Below, piece by piece: positions 11,717 to 22,834 of a stretch of 64,000 bases of DNA. The notes below the pieces were generated by a model. That model was not told where the DNA came from and did no database searches. It saw only the letters and a list, made by a program, of their open reading frames with translations. The stretch comes from Fistulifera solaris (Eukaryota). Every line of letters begins with the position of its first letter. Position 1 is the first letter of the stretch. The stretch covers positions 62,001 to 126,000 of the forward strand of contig AP026132.1 in assembly GCA_030295235.1 (NCBI GenBank), in the 5' to 3' direction. Both the position numbers and the translations under genes were made by a program.

Positions 11717-13024
11717 TTATGGTCGATACTTGCGATAATATAGGGGAGAGGACCAATACAAGAGCGGAATTAGACCAATCCTTGCAGAATCGAAGCGTTC
11801 TTGCATGCCGTACCACGCCCCCTCGCCTTGCGCCGCATCCTCCTTCATCTCGGTACGACCACCTCCTTGATTCAGCTCGGGGAAATGACTTCTCATATAC
11901 GCCGCCAGATCGGCACGACTTCCACACGTACTCGCATGTCCCGCATCGGGTATCACCCGAACACAGGGATTGGGCAATATTTCCTGTAAACGGATGGCTT
12001 CTTCAGATGACGGCAAGGTCTCATCCCGTTCTCCCACCACGATCAATGTACGTAGATTTGGATGTACATCGGAAAGTGTGTGTAACCGAGTCGTCATGTA
12101 CTGACATCCCGTTTGCAGCCACGCGTGCAACCGCCAATCGAGAGTCGAAGGTGTTACCGTCGGAATGACCAAGGGCAAAGAAAAGGCCACACGACCCATG
12201 TACGCTTCCCGCATGGGATTGTCGATCACACTCGGTAAGGCTTGTGCCGTGAGTATGAGTAGGAGTTGTTGGAACGAGTGTTCATCGGTAAAGAGGGGAA
12301 GCAATTGCAGTAGTCCGGCCGGATAGTTCCACCATGGTAGTTGAGCAACGGGAGGGCCCTCTCGCGCTAATCGAGATCGATCGTAAGAGGTAGCTGGATT
12401 GATCAAGGCAAGGCCTTTTAACAGATCTGACAGCTGATGACTGTCACTGGCTATTTGTAAGGCAACGTTGCAAGCCAGGAGACCCCCAAAAGATTCTCCC
12501 ATTAAGTAGATGGGTCTCCGCATTGTCATTGTTTCTTGTTGAATGTACTGCAGGACGCATTCGGTCAATTGTGCAAAGGAAGAGCGATCGGAGGTCGAAA
12601 TCGTCATACAACGAACATCGAAAATCGTTCCCAGTTCCGGGAATTGTAAAAAAGGACAGAGAAAGGTTCCATCAAAGCCGGGCAAATAAAGTAAGAGTGG
12701 TTTCTCAAACAGTGTATTGTTCTCGTATTCTTCCACTGTGACCGGATACCCGTATTCGAGTAGCGGTGAAATGAATTGAACGCCTTTATTCTCCATTGGT
12801 GACGAGCTGAGCACATCCTCTAGAGCATTTAAAATGTTCTTCGACCGACGACGGTCAAGTTTCTTTTTCTCATTTCTTCGTCGATAATATGACGACGACG
12901 ACGACCATCGACGAGAATGCGTCCGACAAAGTAGGAATCCAGAACAACAGGAAAGACCAACTATTGATACAAATGTCAGCAACGATAGTCGATGTCGTTC
13001 TATCATCCTAAATACATCATTCAT
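11717..13024 (-). CDS. Alpha/beta hydrolase similar to the hydrolase domain of phytyl ester synthase/ELT proteins
   Basis: LLYLPGFDGT, nucleophile elbow YLMGESFGG, INPATS, D..LPS..E, GH; N-terminal signal + CSG-F. Confidence 0.8.
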   Translation of the reverse strand: MNDVFRMIERHRLSLLTFVSIVGLSCCSGFLLCRTHSRRWSSSSSYYRRRNEKKKLDRRRSKNILNALEDVLSSSPMENKGVQFISPLLEYGYPVTVEEYENNTLFEKPLLLYLPGFDGTFLCPFLQFPELGTIFDVRCMTISTSDRSSFAQLTECVLQYIQQETMTMRRPIYLMGESFGGLLACNVALQIASDSHQLSDLLKGLALINPATSYDRSRLAREGPPVAQLPWWNYPAGLLQLLPLFTDEHSFQQLLLILTAQALPSVIDNPMREAYMGRVAFSLPLVIPTVTPSTLDWRLHAWLQTGCQYMTTRLHTLSDVHPNLRTLIVVGERDETLPSSEEAIRLQEILPNPCVRVIPDAGHASTCGSRADLAAYMRSHFPELNQGGGRTEMKEDAAQGEGAWYGMQERFDSARIGLIPLLYWSSPLYYRKYRP

Positions 13025-13354
13025 TGCGATGCAATAATGACACGACAGTAATAAAGTCGAGCTGCATTTTCAGGACTGAAATTCAGTCGCGAAATCCATA
13101 AACCAACACTTTGACCCTATATCGATTCGTCTGCGGAGACACTATAGACTCAAAGTGTTGTCCGTTTTTCGCCCAGACACGATTTGTTAGTCTGAATGGG
13201 TACCGGTCAGATGAAGCGGGAAGCACGTGCTTATTTGCGGGTTTCGCGCAAAACCGCAAAAACGAACAAGCCGACAAATAATATAAATTGAAAGATCGAT
13301 CGATGATGGATGCCATAATCAACAATAATTTCACAGAGAGAAACGAAAGCAAGC

Positions 13355-15472
13355 ATGACAACAATACCAACAGAAACAACAATGAAAGATCTTCGCATTG
13401 CTTGTTTACTTCCGTCGGCTACAGACATTTGTGTTGCCCTGGGTTTATCGCACTACATTGTCGGCATCACTCATGAGTGTCACTTTCGTTCTTCCGATGT
13501 ACACATTTTAACGCGCGATGGTTTGCAAGCCGCTGACAAGACACAAATGGAAATTCATTTGCGTGTTCAGGAACAGCAACAAATGTGTCGTATGCCGAAA
13601 GAAGATACGACTTCTTTGAAAGTAAATGAAAGTGTTCCTTCATTGTATCCCATTGATGTGGATACCCTGCGACAAGCAGCTCCCAATTTGATTATTACGC
13701 AAGATTTGTGTACTGTATGCGCTCCTCCGGTATCTCAAGTCAAGGGATTATTGCGGGAAAACGATACGACGCGAATTCTTTCTCTTTCGCCGCAATCATT
13801 AGCCGATGTTCTGCAGACCTTTGTTACTATCGCCACCGCCTGTAGTGTTCCCGAAGGAGGGATTCAATTACGCGATACGTTGCAACAACAGCTGCATGAA
13901 CTAAAAACGATCATTTATTCCTTTCGTCGTCCACAATCATCACCACGGTTACTGTTTTTGGAATGGTTGGATCCCCCCTTTGATGCGGGCCATTGGATAT
14001 TGGATATGATGGAATTTGTCGGTCTTCAAAATGCGTTTGACAATCACCAACAACAACCACGCAAATCAGGTGTTCGCTCATGGGACGATATCACGCATAC
14101 AACAAATCCTGATGTGATCCTGGTTGCGTGTTGTGGCTTCAATGTCGAACGAAATGCACAAGATGCGGTAGCTCATTCGCATCAGTTACAGCGGGTCATC
14201 GCGGCAAGTCGAAAGGTCAGTACTCCCATTTATGCCACCAATGGTGATCGGTATTTCACGTGTCCCGGTCCCCACTTGGTTACGGTTGGGACGGTCTTGC
14301 TCGCCATAGCTGCATACCGTCATGAATATCCGGATATGATTGCTGCCATTCAAGCGATACCATGGGTCCAAGCGTGGTTGCCGGACGATTTGACGGAACA
14401 TTATTTACGTCCTATTACGTTGTCGTCTTCACCAACGGTTCGTTCTGTGGACAAAAACACGATTGCCGACATTGAAGATTGCCCAAACACTGGCTGCGAT
14501 GCTGGAATAGACTGCGGGGATGACACCATAGGACATCCCGAAAAATTCTGCTGGGACAAATTACACGACGAAGCATGTCAAGCAGGAGAAATGAATTACA
14601 AAGACCCCGATTCTGGCTATTCCGTTTTTACCGAATTGGCGCATCGACAGCGGGGCAGATGTTGTGGATCCGGATGTCGTCACTGCCCTTACCATCACAT
14701 TAATGTACGCGACAAGGCAACAAAAATCCAACAACCTGCTTGGCTGTACTTGCCAACCACGGTAGAAGAACATGACGTGTTCACGTCTTTATCGCAAGCT
14801 CACAACAATGTCCGAGTTCTCTTTTTCAGTGGGGGCAAGGATTCTTTTTTGACGATTCGTGCGCTGGCACGTCAAGCCGTACGCTTCCCGTTGGTATTAT
14901 TGACGACATTTGATGCCACTTCCCGCGTGGTCGCACACCAAGAGGTGTCGATCCAGCAGATTCTGCAACAAGCACAGCACCTCCAATTGCCGTTATTGGG
15001 CGTCCCATTGCATCGTCATCATGCCAACTCCAATTCTTTGTCGTAAGTACAACGAATTCAACAAGCATTGGCAGTTATTGAAGAACACGTGGCCAAAGTC
15101 ACTGGTACGACACCAGCTGATGCCATCCATTCTCTGGTATTTGGGGATTTGCATTTGAAACACATCCGCGATTGGCGCAAGGACCAACTGGGTGGATTGT
15201 ACCGGTTGGAATACCCACTCTGGAAAGTGGATTACGCGACATTGGCACAGGATTTGGAGCTGTCGGGTGTCCCGTGTATTGTGAGCAGTTCTACGGTGGA
15301 TACAGTTCAAGTGGGTGAGCGCTATGATGCCTTGTTTCGCGAACGACTCAAGGCAGCGGGAGCGACCATCGATCTCTTTGGTGAGAATGGTGAGTTTCAC
15401 ACGCTTGCTCAAGTCTGGGAAGTGGACTGGAGGTATGCTCTGGGTTACCATACTACTAGGAATAAGATATAG
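13355..15472 (+). CDS. Fusion: BtuF/cobalamin-type solute-binding domain + DUF5522 Cys motif + diphthamide-synthase-like PP-loop ATPase; one in-frame TAA at 15044-15046
   Basis: RIACLLPSATDI, GITHEC, TQDLCxVC, EWLDPPFxAGHW; DPxSGYxVFT...RGxCCGSGCRHCPY; FSGGKDS, FGDLHL, DxFGENGEFHT; ORF 15068-15472 is in the same frame. Confidence 0.82.
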
Positions 15473-15629
15473 ATGAGGGAAGCGTCACGCTATTCTATAT
15501 GATAGACTCACAATAGCTTGCTTCGGCGTATATTAGCCGGTGCGTACGGCAAAGTTGAAAGCAAATCCCGTGTTCATCAGATTGCTTATTTATAATCGAA
15601 TTTTATAAAAGAATTTCTTCCCGATTATA

Positions 15630-17045
15630 TTCTGTCCCAACATATGAACTAACTATCATCTACATTAAAAACGCAACTATTTGCGTCGAAAAGCATCCGT
15701 ATTGTCGACTGTCATTTTTACTATGACGCTAAAGTGTCAGTTCTACGCGATCGCGACTAAATTTCAGTCACTGTAAAAAGAAGAAGACGAAACGCCACCA
15801 AAGTGGTCCTCAAACAAAAGCGCGAAGTGTATAATCAAATGCCATGGAAAAACCAATCTATGAACTAACTATCATCTTCATTCGAAATGCCACTTTTTTG
15901 CGTCGAAAAGCATCCGTATTGTCGACTGCCATTTTTACTACGATGGTAAAGTGTAGGTTTTACGCGATAGCGACTAAATTTCAGTCACTATCAAAAGAAG
16001 AAAACAAAACGCCACCAAAGTAGTCCTCAAACAAAAGCGCGAAGTGTATAATCAAATGCCATGGAAAAACCAATCTATGAACTAACTATCATCTTCATTC
16101 GAAATGCAACTTTTTGCGTCGAAAAGCAATTTTATCGTCGACTGTTATTTTGCACTATGACGCTAAAGTGTTGGTTCTACGCGATCGCGACTAAGTTTCA
16201 GTCACTGTAAAAAGAAGATAACGACATTGAAACGCCACCAAAGCGGTCCTCAAACAAAAGCGCGAAGTGTATAATCAAGTGCCATGGAAACACCAATATA
16301 TGAACTAACTATCATCTTCATTCGAAATGCAACTTTTTGCGTCGAAAAGCAATTTTATCGTAGAATTATTTTGCACTATCACGCTAAAGTGTTGGTTCTA
16401 CGCGATCGCGACTAAATTTCAGTCACTATAAAATAAAAATAAAAATTGAAAGTTTAGCGTTTTTTTACTATAAACAGAAGAAAACGACATTGAAACGCCA
16501 CCAAAGTGGTCCTCACACAAAAGCGCGAAGTGTATAAACAAATGCCATGGAAAAACCAATGTATGAACTTGCTACCATCTTCATTCGAAACGCAACTTTT
16601 TGCTTCGAAAAGCATCCGTTTTCGTTGAGTTCCATTTTTACTATAATGGTAGAGTGTTGGTTGTACGCGATCGCGACTAAATTTCAGTCACTATCAAAAG
16701 AAGAAAACAAAACGCCACCAAAGTGGTTTTCAAACAAAAGCGCGAAGTGTATAATCAAATGCCATGGAAATACCAATATATGGACTAAGTATCATCTTCA
16801 TTCGAAACGCATCTATTTGCGTCAAAAAGCAATTTTATCGTCGACTGCCATTTTTACTATGACGCTAAAGTGTTGGTTCTACGCGATCGCGACTAAATTT
16901 CAGTCACTTGAAACGCCAACGACGCAATGAGAGCACCAAAGCTGTCCACAAACAAGAGCGCGAAGTCTATAATGAAATGCCGTGGAAATACAATCTATGA
17001 ACTAATTATCCTCTTTATTCGAAATGCAACTTTTTGCATTCGAAC
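15630..17045. repeat. Satellite A: ~217-bp tandem repeat, ~6.5 units
   Basis: cgactaaatttcagtcac recurs at 15754, 15971, 16188, 16409, 16674, 16890. Confidence 0.95.
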
Positions 17046-17301
17046 AATCGTTAACGAAGATGAAGTCAGTCATGGATTTGTCCGTTGGTGTTCTTGAATT
17101 CACCCTACACCATTTTTTTAGAGTATAGCTTAATTTGTACTCATATACCGATCGGCTCATTACGCCATTAAACCAAAATCGTGTTAGTCTCTTTTTTGCA
17201 ATGCAATGCAAAATGCATCGCAACGCAATAAAAGCCACGAGACGTGTAGTTTACTTCCTTTTATTCTGTCACCCCTCATTATTTAGTATAATCCTGTTGC
17301 A

Positions 17302-18738
17302 ATGAAAACACACATTGCAGTGACGCCGTTGCGCGATACGCAACAGCAATCACAACCATCATGCACCCCTCCTGAAGCAACGGCGCTGTTGTTGATTGAT
17401 CCGCATTCCAATCGTTTTGAACTCATTCAAGTCAACAATGAATTATCGGACGCAGATATGTTGTCACAAATTTCACGCATCGCGACCCACGGACTCTTTC
17501 GTTCGCAACGATTTGTGGGAATCATCGGAGCGTCGCAAGTGCGCGTCGCTCTTCCGCACGGCATGACGAAACGCGCTTGCCTGCGATGGGCACGATCGAT
17601 CCTCACGACGGATCCGGTGCGTATTATGGTGAGTCCTGTGCATGTGTATGTTGGGTTTGTGTGAGTTGCAGAACAAGGTGGAAGGGAGAATAAATAATGA
17701 ATTTTTTCTTTATTGCTCCATTTCTGACGATTCTTCTCTTGCTTGATTACGTTTCATTGAAAAATATTGAATTGCGCCTTACGCCATAAAATGTTATTGT
17801 ATTTTCATCAGTTGACAAAATATGGATATGATTTGCAGGAATGGTTTTCTATCAGGCCCGATGTATTGATCTTGTTGCTGGACTTGGCTTCTAAACGCTT
17901 CGAACTGGTCGTCATGGATTCCTGTTCGACGGTGGAAGAGTGTTTGCAACAAATTCCTGTACGAGCGAAAGATTCCTTTTTGAAACAACAACAAACCTAT
18001 GTCGGACTCTGTGATCCCATGACGGTGGAACCATGTCAATGGATCGAGGCGAACTCTGCTGCGAAAGAGAATCCACCAATGCCGACCGTGTTCGTAGCGA
18101 TCCCAAAAGGCCAGAGTGCCATAGAGTGTGCCACATTGGCTCGTTCCATTTTGGCAACGAAGGCTGTAGTACAAACGGTATGTTCGTGTGTTTGCATTTT
18201 CTTGTTGCCTATCGCTTCGCCGTATTTCTTCTGACATGTGTCGTTCTTGTCATTATATTAGCTGCACTCGCACGGCTTTCCTGTCCCTACTCTTCCTTCG
18301 GTTTCGAATGCCGTAGTCTTATTGTTGGATCCACACAAAACGCGTCGCATGGAATGTCTTCGACTGGATGGGTTGACGAAAGCGACGGTCGCTCACGTGT
18401 TGGAGTATATTCGTCACACTGCTCGAGAACCGGCGTTGCGCGAACAATCGTACGTCGCTCTCGCGAATGCCACCGGCCAAGTCGCCACATCGTCCTTGTC
18501 GGTCCTAGAGGAATCGAGGACGTGGGTGGCCGTGCCTTTGGGAATTTCGGTGCGCAAATGTCGAGCCATGGCGCGATCCATCTATACGAGTGCTCCTGTC
18601 CAACAAATGGTACGTTTGGGTGTGTTTGCGTATGCTGATTTTTGTTTCTTTGGGAAACTCACGTAATAGAATGTTCTTTTTAAGTTACAACAACATGGAT
18701 TGGATGCGAACGAATGGCGTACGCCGTCGTCCCCGTAA
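17302..18738 (+). CDS. Four-exon hypothetical protein with three tandem copies of one domain (exons 17302-17628, 17812-18177, 18262-18609, 18685-18738)
   Basis: Each copy LLLxDxxxxRxE...IxxxA...Q.xVG...VAxPxG...CxxxARSI; three GT-AG phase-0 introns give one continuous frame. Confidence 0.82.
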
Positions 18739-19182
18739 CCGAATCAAGCGCTGAAAGCGTGGGAATGCTTTTCAGGGGATCCAATATGATGCTTTATGTG
18801 CTTGTTTGTAAAAAAATACCCTCAGTGAAGGGAATGATCTGTATAGAGTAATCGCGTCAAGAAAGGAATGAATGCAAAAATGAAGCCAACATTCGTGTTG
18901 AAATTTTCGGCGACCAGGTCGTACTTTACTCGACAGAGTCGCCAGTCGACTCTAACGTTGGAGAGTAGTCTCGTGTCCGTTGAAGAAAGCACCGCCGATA
19001 ATGCTTCGACCGCGGGTCATCGGTGCGATCTGTGACCGATGACCCTCATTCAAAATAACCAAGATACTCTTTCCTTGCTTTGAGAAACTGTTGTAGTCAA
19101 TCAAACAAAGCAAGAACAAGACAAGTATACCTTTCTTTGTCTCTTTAAATTGCACTCAATTGATTTGAGCAGTAGAAACATC

Positions 19183-20900
19183 ATGAAGTCACATACACAG
19201 GCCCTTTTTCTTTCGTCGGCAGCTTGGTGGACCCTCTCATCCTTCCTCGTCGTCGTCGTACGTGCCGATGACACCAACAGCTCTGCCACCGATGTCTATG
19301 AAGGATGTGATTTAGAGACGTATTATGCCGATCTCTTGTCGCTCGGTACACCGGATACGTGGACGCTGGAACAAATTCGCGATCACTTGACGGAAACACA
19401 TCGCAATATATTACCCTCGTTCCCCACCAACGAACAACCCGATGACATTGTGGCCGCCCTGATTGATTTGTGGCCTGCTTCGGCGCACGGCACCGGCACG
19501 GACGACGAAATTCATTTGATTTATTCCAATACTGCCATTGCCAGTCGTCCGGCGTTGGGACTCGAGAACTGGAGGCCGGAACAATATTGGCCCTTGACGC
19601 GAGGAGTGTCCGTCACGTCGGCGACATATACCGATGTGCATCAGAATGCACCGGCGGATTACAGTGTCTTGGATGATAAGGAAGCCTTGAATCGAAACTT
19701 TGTTGTCTTTTACGGAGAATGCGGTACCGTCAAGGATGCCGAACTTTGTGTATCGCCTGCCAACGTCGAAGCGGCCGAAGATACGTCCCAAGATGGAAAA
19801 GTGTACACACCCGAGGCCAACATGCGCGGTGACATTGCGCGGGGATTGTTTTATGACAATGCTCGTTACGTGTACTTGACCTTGACGGATTGTCCACCCT
19901 TTGCGCAGGGTGAATACGGATACCGTTCGGCGTTGCTGGAATGGCACGCCCAAGATCCGCCCGACGAAGTCGAACAAGCCCGCAACGATCGGGCCTGTCG
20001 TCGTTGGCAAGGAAATCGGAACATTTTTGTCGATTATCCGCAATTGGTGCCGCGTTTGTTTGGAGAACCCGATGTCATTCTGGACGACCAGCAAACGTAC
20101 AATGAATGTGTCGATGCGACGGAAGCCCCGACCGCGTCACCCAACGAATGCAGTGCCATTCAACCGGGTGATATTAGTGTATTTGGTTTCAACTCGGTCG
20201 ATCCGGACCAGATTCTGTTCTTTCCCATTTTCAACATTCCAGCGGGTGTCGGAAGTTTGTTTTTGACGACCAACGCGTGGGATGGAGAAGCACTGTTGCC
20301 GACCGGAAAGACCGTGGAGGTGAGTGTGCGGAGTGCGTGTGATAGTGTTCCTGGAGTGACGCATAAAGCTCATTGCTTTTCTTCTTTTTAAAGTACGTGA
20401 TTCCGGATAGTGGCATTGAGGCTGGTCTTGTATTTGCTTACAATGCCATCATTCTCAACTACACCACCAATGAACCACGCGAGGCGTTTGTGTGGAACGA
20501 ATTGAATGACGAGCCATTTGCCGTGGACAATTTGGGCGATCACTTTCATTTGTACTGTATCAATGCGGACAATGAACCCCATTTCATTTTCAGCCTCGGA
20601 TTCAATAGCGTCAAGGAGTGGAAAGCCGAAGCCTTACCAGCGGCCGAATATGGAAAGTCGAGTGCGTTGCCCGCCCGTCTGAGTGAAGAGGGCAATGTCT
20701 TGTTGCCGGACTTTGCGAATTGGTTCTACAATGGAACCCAAAATGCGAGTGCTACTGTATTGATTCCGGCTTTTTCGGATGCCGCCAACTGGATCAGTAG
20801 CGATCGACCATTCGAAATCGATAGTGGGGCGTCGACTCTCCTGTCGATGCTTGTTTCAGTCGCCTGTGTGTTTGTGTCGGTAGCGTACGCTTGGATGTAA
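19183..20900 (+). CDS. Secreted/anchored endonuclease I (EndA/Bsn-like) family protein; intron 20320-20393; C-terminal hydrophobic tail
   Basis: Signal peptide, RGDIARGLFY, LLEWHxxDPPDxxExxRN, QGNRNxFVDYP; GTGAGT...AAG phase-0 intron. Confidence 0.85.
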
Positions 20901-21030
20901 GGGAAAAAGAAAAAATGGTAGAAAAACGTAAGAGAAAGAATCTATTTTATACTGTCATTAGGTTTCGTATCTTTGATCTACATTATATTCACAACACCGT
21001 CGCTCGATTGCTGTGTCAATCGAGTTCTTA

Positions 21031-22716
21031 TCAAACAAATCTCGGATCGAGTGATTTTTCAGACATCTTGTGATTGTGATCTTCGCCAATGAGGACGGTT
21101 CGTAACTCTGCCTTGGTCAAAGAGCAGTTCCAAATATTTCTCGCGTGAGACGCATCCAACGATCGATCCCCGGATGCAGTCGTAGGAGGCAAAACGAAAC
21201 GTCCATGAACACGAACAATCCTTCCCTTTGTTTTCAAAGGACGTTGCACGCACAAATGCAATTGCTCTCGTTGGACATCCCATGGTGAAAAGATACCTTC
21301 CAAACATCGGGTGGGAGAATACACTCGGATTTGGTTGGTACTCGCGTCTTCTCGTTGCGGTGGATAGATTTCAATATCGACGCCTTCGGTGTCATCCGGA
21401 ACGAAGCCGAACGAATGCTGCAATACCAAACACAAGAGTGGCTTACGGATCAACTCAGTTCGCGGAACGAGTTGCGCTTTCCGGCACAATTGGATCCAAG
21501 CATTGATAAATAGTTTGGATAAGCCGTGTTGACGATATTGGGGATCCAAGTACACACCCATCAGTGATGACGTTGTGGTTAGAGTATCCTTGCTTTCCGT
21601 CGTCGTCAACAACATATAACCTATTTTTTGACGCGGATGAGACGTGCTCCAAAGAATGAGACGCAAATCGGTGTGGGATCGTCGGTTGGGTTGCGCCGTT
21701 AGAATAAAGGGACCATGGGTTGCCACGACAAAGTGCTTCATGGAAGTAGCATTGTTGTCATTCCATCGTTGTAAAATATGTTCAGGCCACGGTGGTCGTT
21801 CCCGCGATTGCTTTTCCACTGTTATCAAAGGAAACAAATCGTCACAGAGTTTATTGTTTGTTGATTCATCATTATAGCAAGTCATGCACAACTGTCGCAA
21901 TCGATCTAGCAGTTCGTCATTGGGATGAGCTCTCGCCACAATTTCAAAGGATTGTCGATTGTAACGTTGTGCGGGAATCATGTTGGTTTCCAAAAATTCC
22001 ACGGCACGATCGGGTGCCAATTTCCCCAACAGTAGATTGTACGATAAGGTCGTCCATGGCGTAGTGGTATGCGTTGTTTCGTACAACCGCCAAGCATCGT
22101 AGTCGGTCGGTGCGGCGGCTAACGCCGAATTCAATAACGCCACATTTGTGGTGATCGCGTTCGGATGGTGATCGGAGAGCGATAACAGTTGTATTATTTG
22201 ATTCCAAAGCGTTGTTGTTGTAGAATGTCTCGTATCCCCGGGCTGTGGCTCTTGGGAAGACTCCTTTGCTTGTTGCAATTGGAGACTGTAAATTTGTAAC
22301 ACAACATGCCGAGCCGCGAGTGATTCCGGAGACAGGGTCTGCCATACCGAATACGCCCAATCCGCGTACGATTCGCTATGCTGTAAAGTCAAGTTTGATT
22401 GCGAGTAGTAACGATAACACAACTTTATAACGGCCAGCGTCGGTGCTTCCCAAGAACATGGATCGATGAACGACGATTGTTGCCTAATTTGTAATAGTTC
22501 CTCATACGCGTCTACGGGCGATGTACAACTTGAGTGAGACGACCATTGTCGCGTCAATAATATTAGTTGCTGCTGCAGTTGTTTCTCCTGCAATGATTTT
22601 ACGATTTGTTTTTGTTGTGATGGCCTTAATTGTGGCGGAACGGAAAATGAATAAACAAAAGCAAATCCTAAAAGGCCAAAAAGAACAACACGACATGGCC
22701 GCCGCGCAAAGCGCAT
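21031..22716 (-). CDS. Presequence + helical (PPR-like) region + GNAT-like domain
   Basis: 561-aa ORF; signal VYS-F; SYNLLL/LLNSAL helical repeats; GVYLDPQYRQHGLSK resembles GNAT motif A. Confidence 0.75.
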   Translation of the reverse strand: MRFARRPCRVVLFGLLGFAFVYSFSVPPQLRPSQQKQIVKSLQEKQLQQQLILLTRQWSSHSSCTSPVDAYEELLQIRQQSSFIDPCSWEAPTLAVIKLCYRYYSQSNLTLQHSESYADWAYSVWQTLSPESLAARHVVLQIYSLQLQQAKESSQEPQPGDTRHSTTTTLWNQIIQLLSLSDHHPNAITTNVALLNSALAAAPTDYDAWRLYETTHTTTPWTTLSYNLLLGKLAPDRAVEFLETNMIPAQRYNRQSFEIVARAHPNDELLDRLRQLCMTCYNDESTNNKLCDDLFPLITVEKQSRERPPWPEHILQRWNDNNATSMKHFVVATHGPFILTAQPNRRSHTDLRLILWSTSHPRQKIGYMLLTTTESKDTLTTTSSLMGVYLDPQYRQHGLSKLFINAWIQLCRKAQLVPRTELIRKPLLCLVLQHSFGFVPDDTEGVDIEIYPPQREDASTNQIRVYSPTRCLEGIFSPWDVQREQLHLCVQRPLKTKGRIVRVHGRFVLPPTTASGDRSLDASHARNIWNCSLTKAELRTVLIGEDHNHKMSEKSLDPRFV

Positions 22717-22834
22717 CTCTCTTCACATTTACAAAGAATGAAAGAGGTAGTTGTTGAATGAATGATGATAAAATAATAACCACTATACAAAGACGAGGAT
22801 GCGAGGCGATATGCGCTTTTCATTGTTGCACATG

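Noticed and set aside
16547..16930. 127-aa ORF in satellite A
   Set aside because: Other units carry stops and indels at equivalent positions; chance ORF
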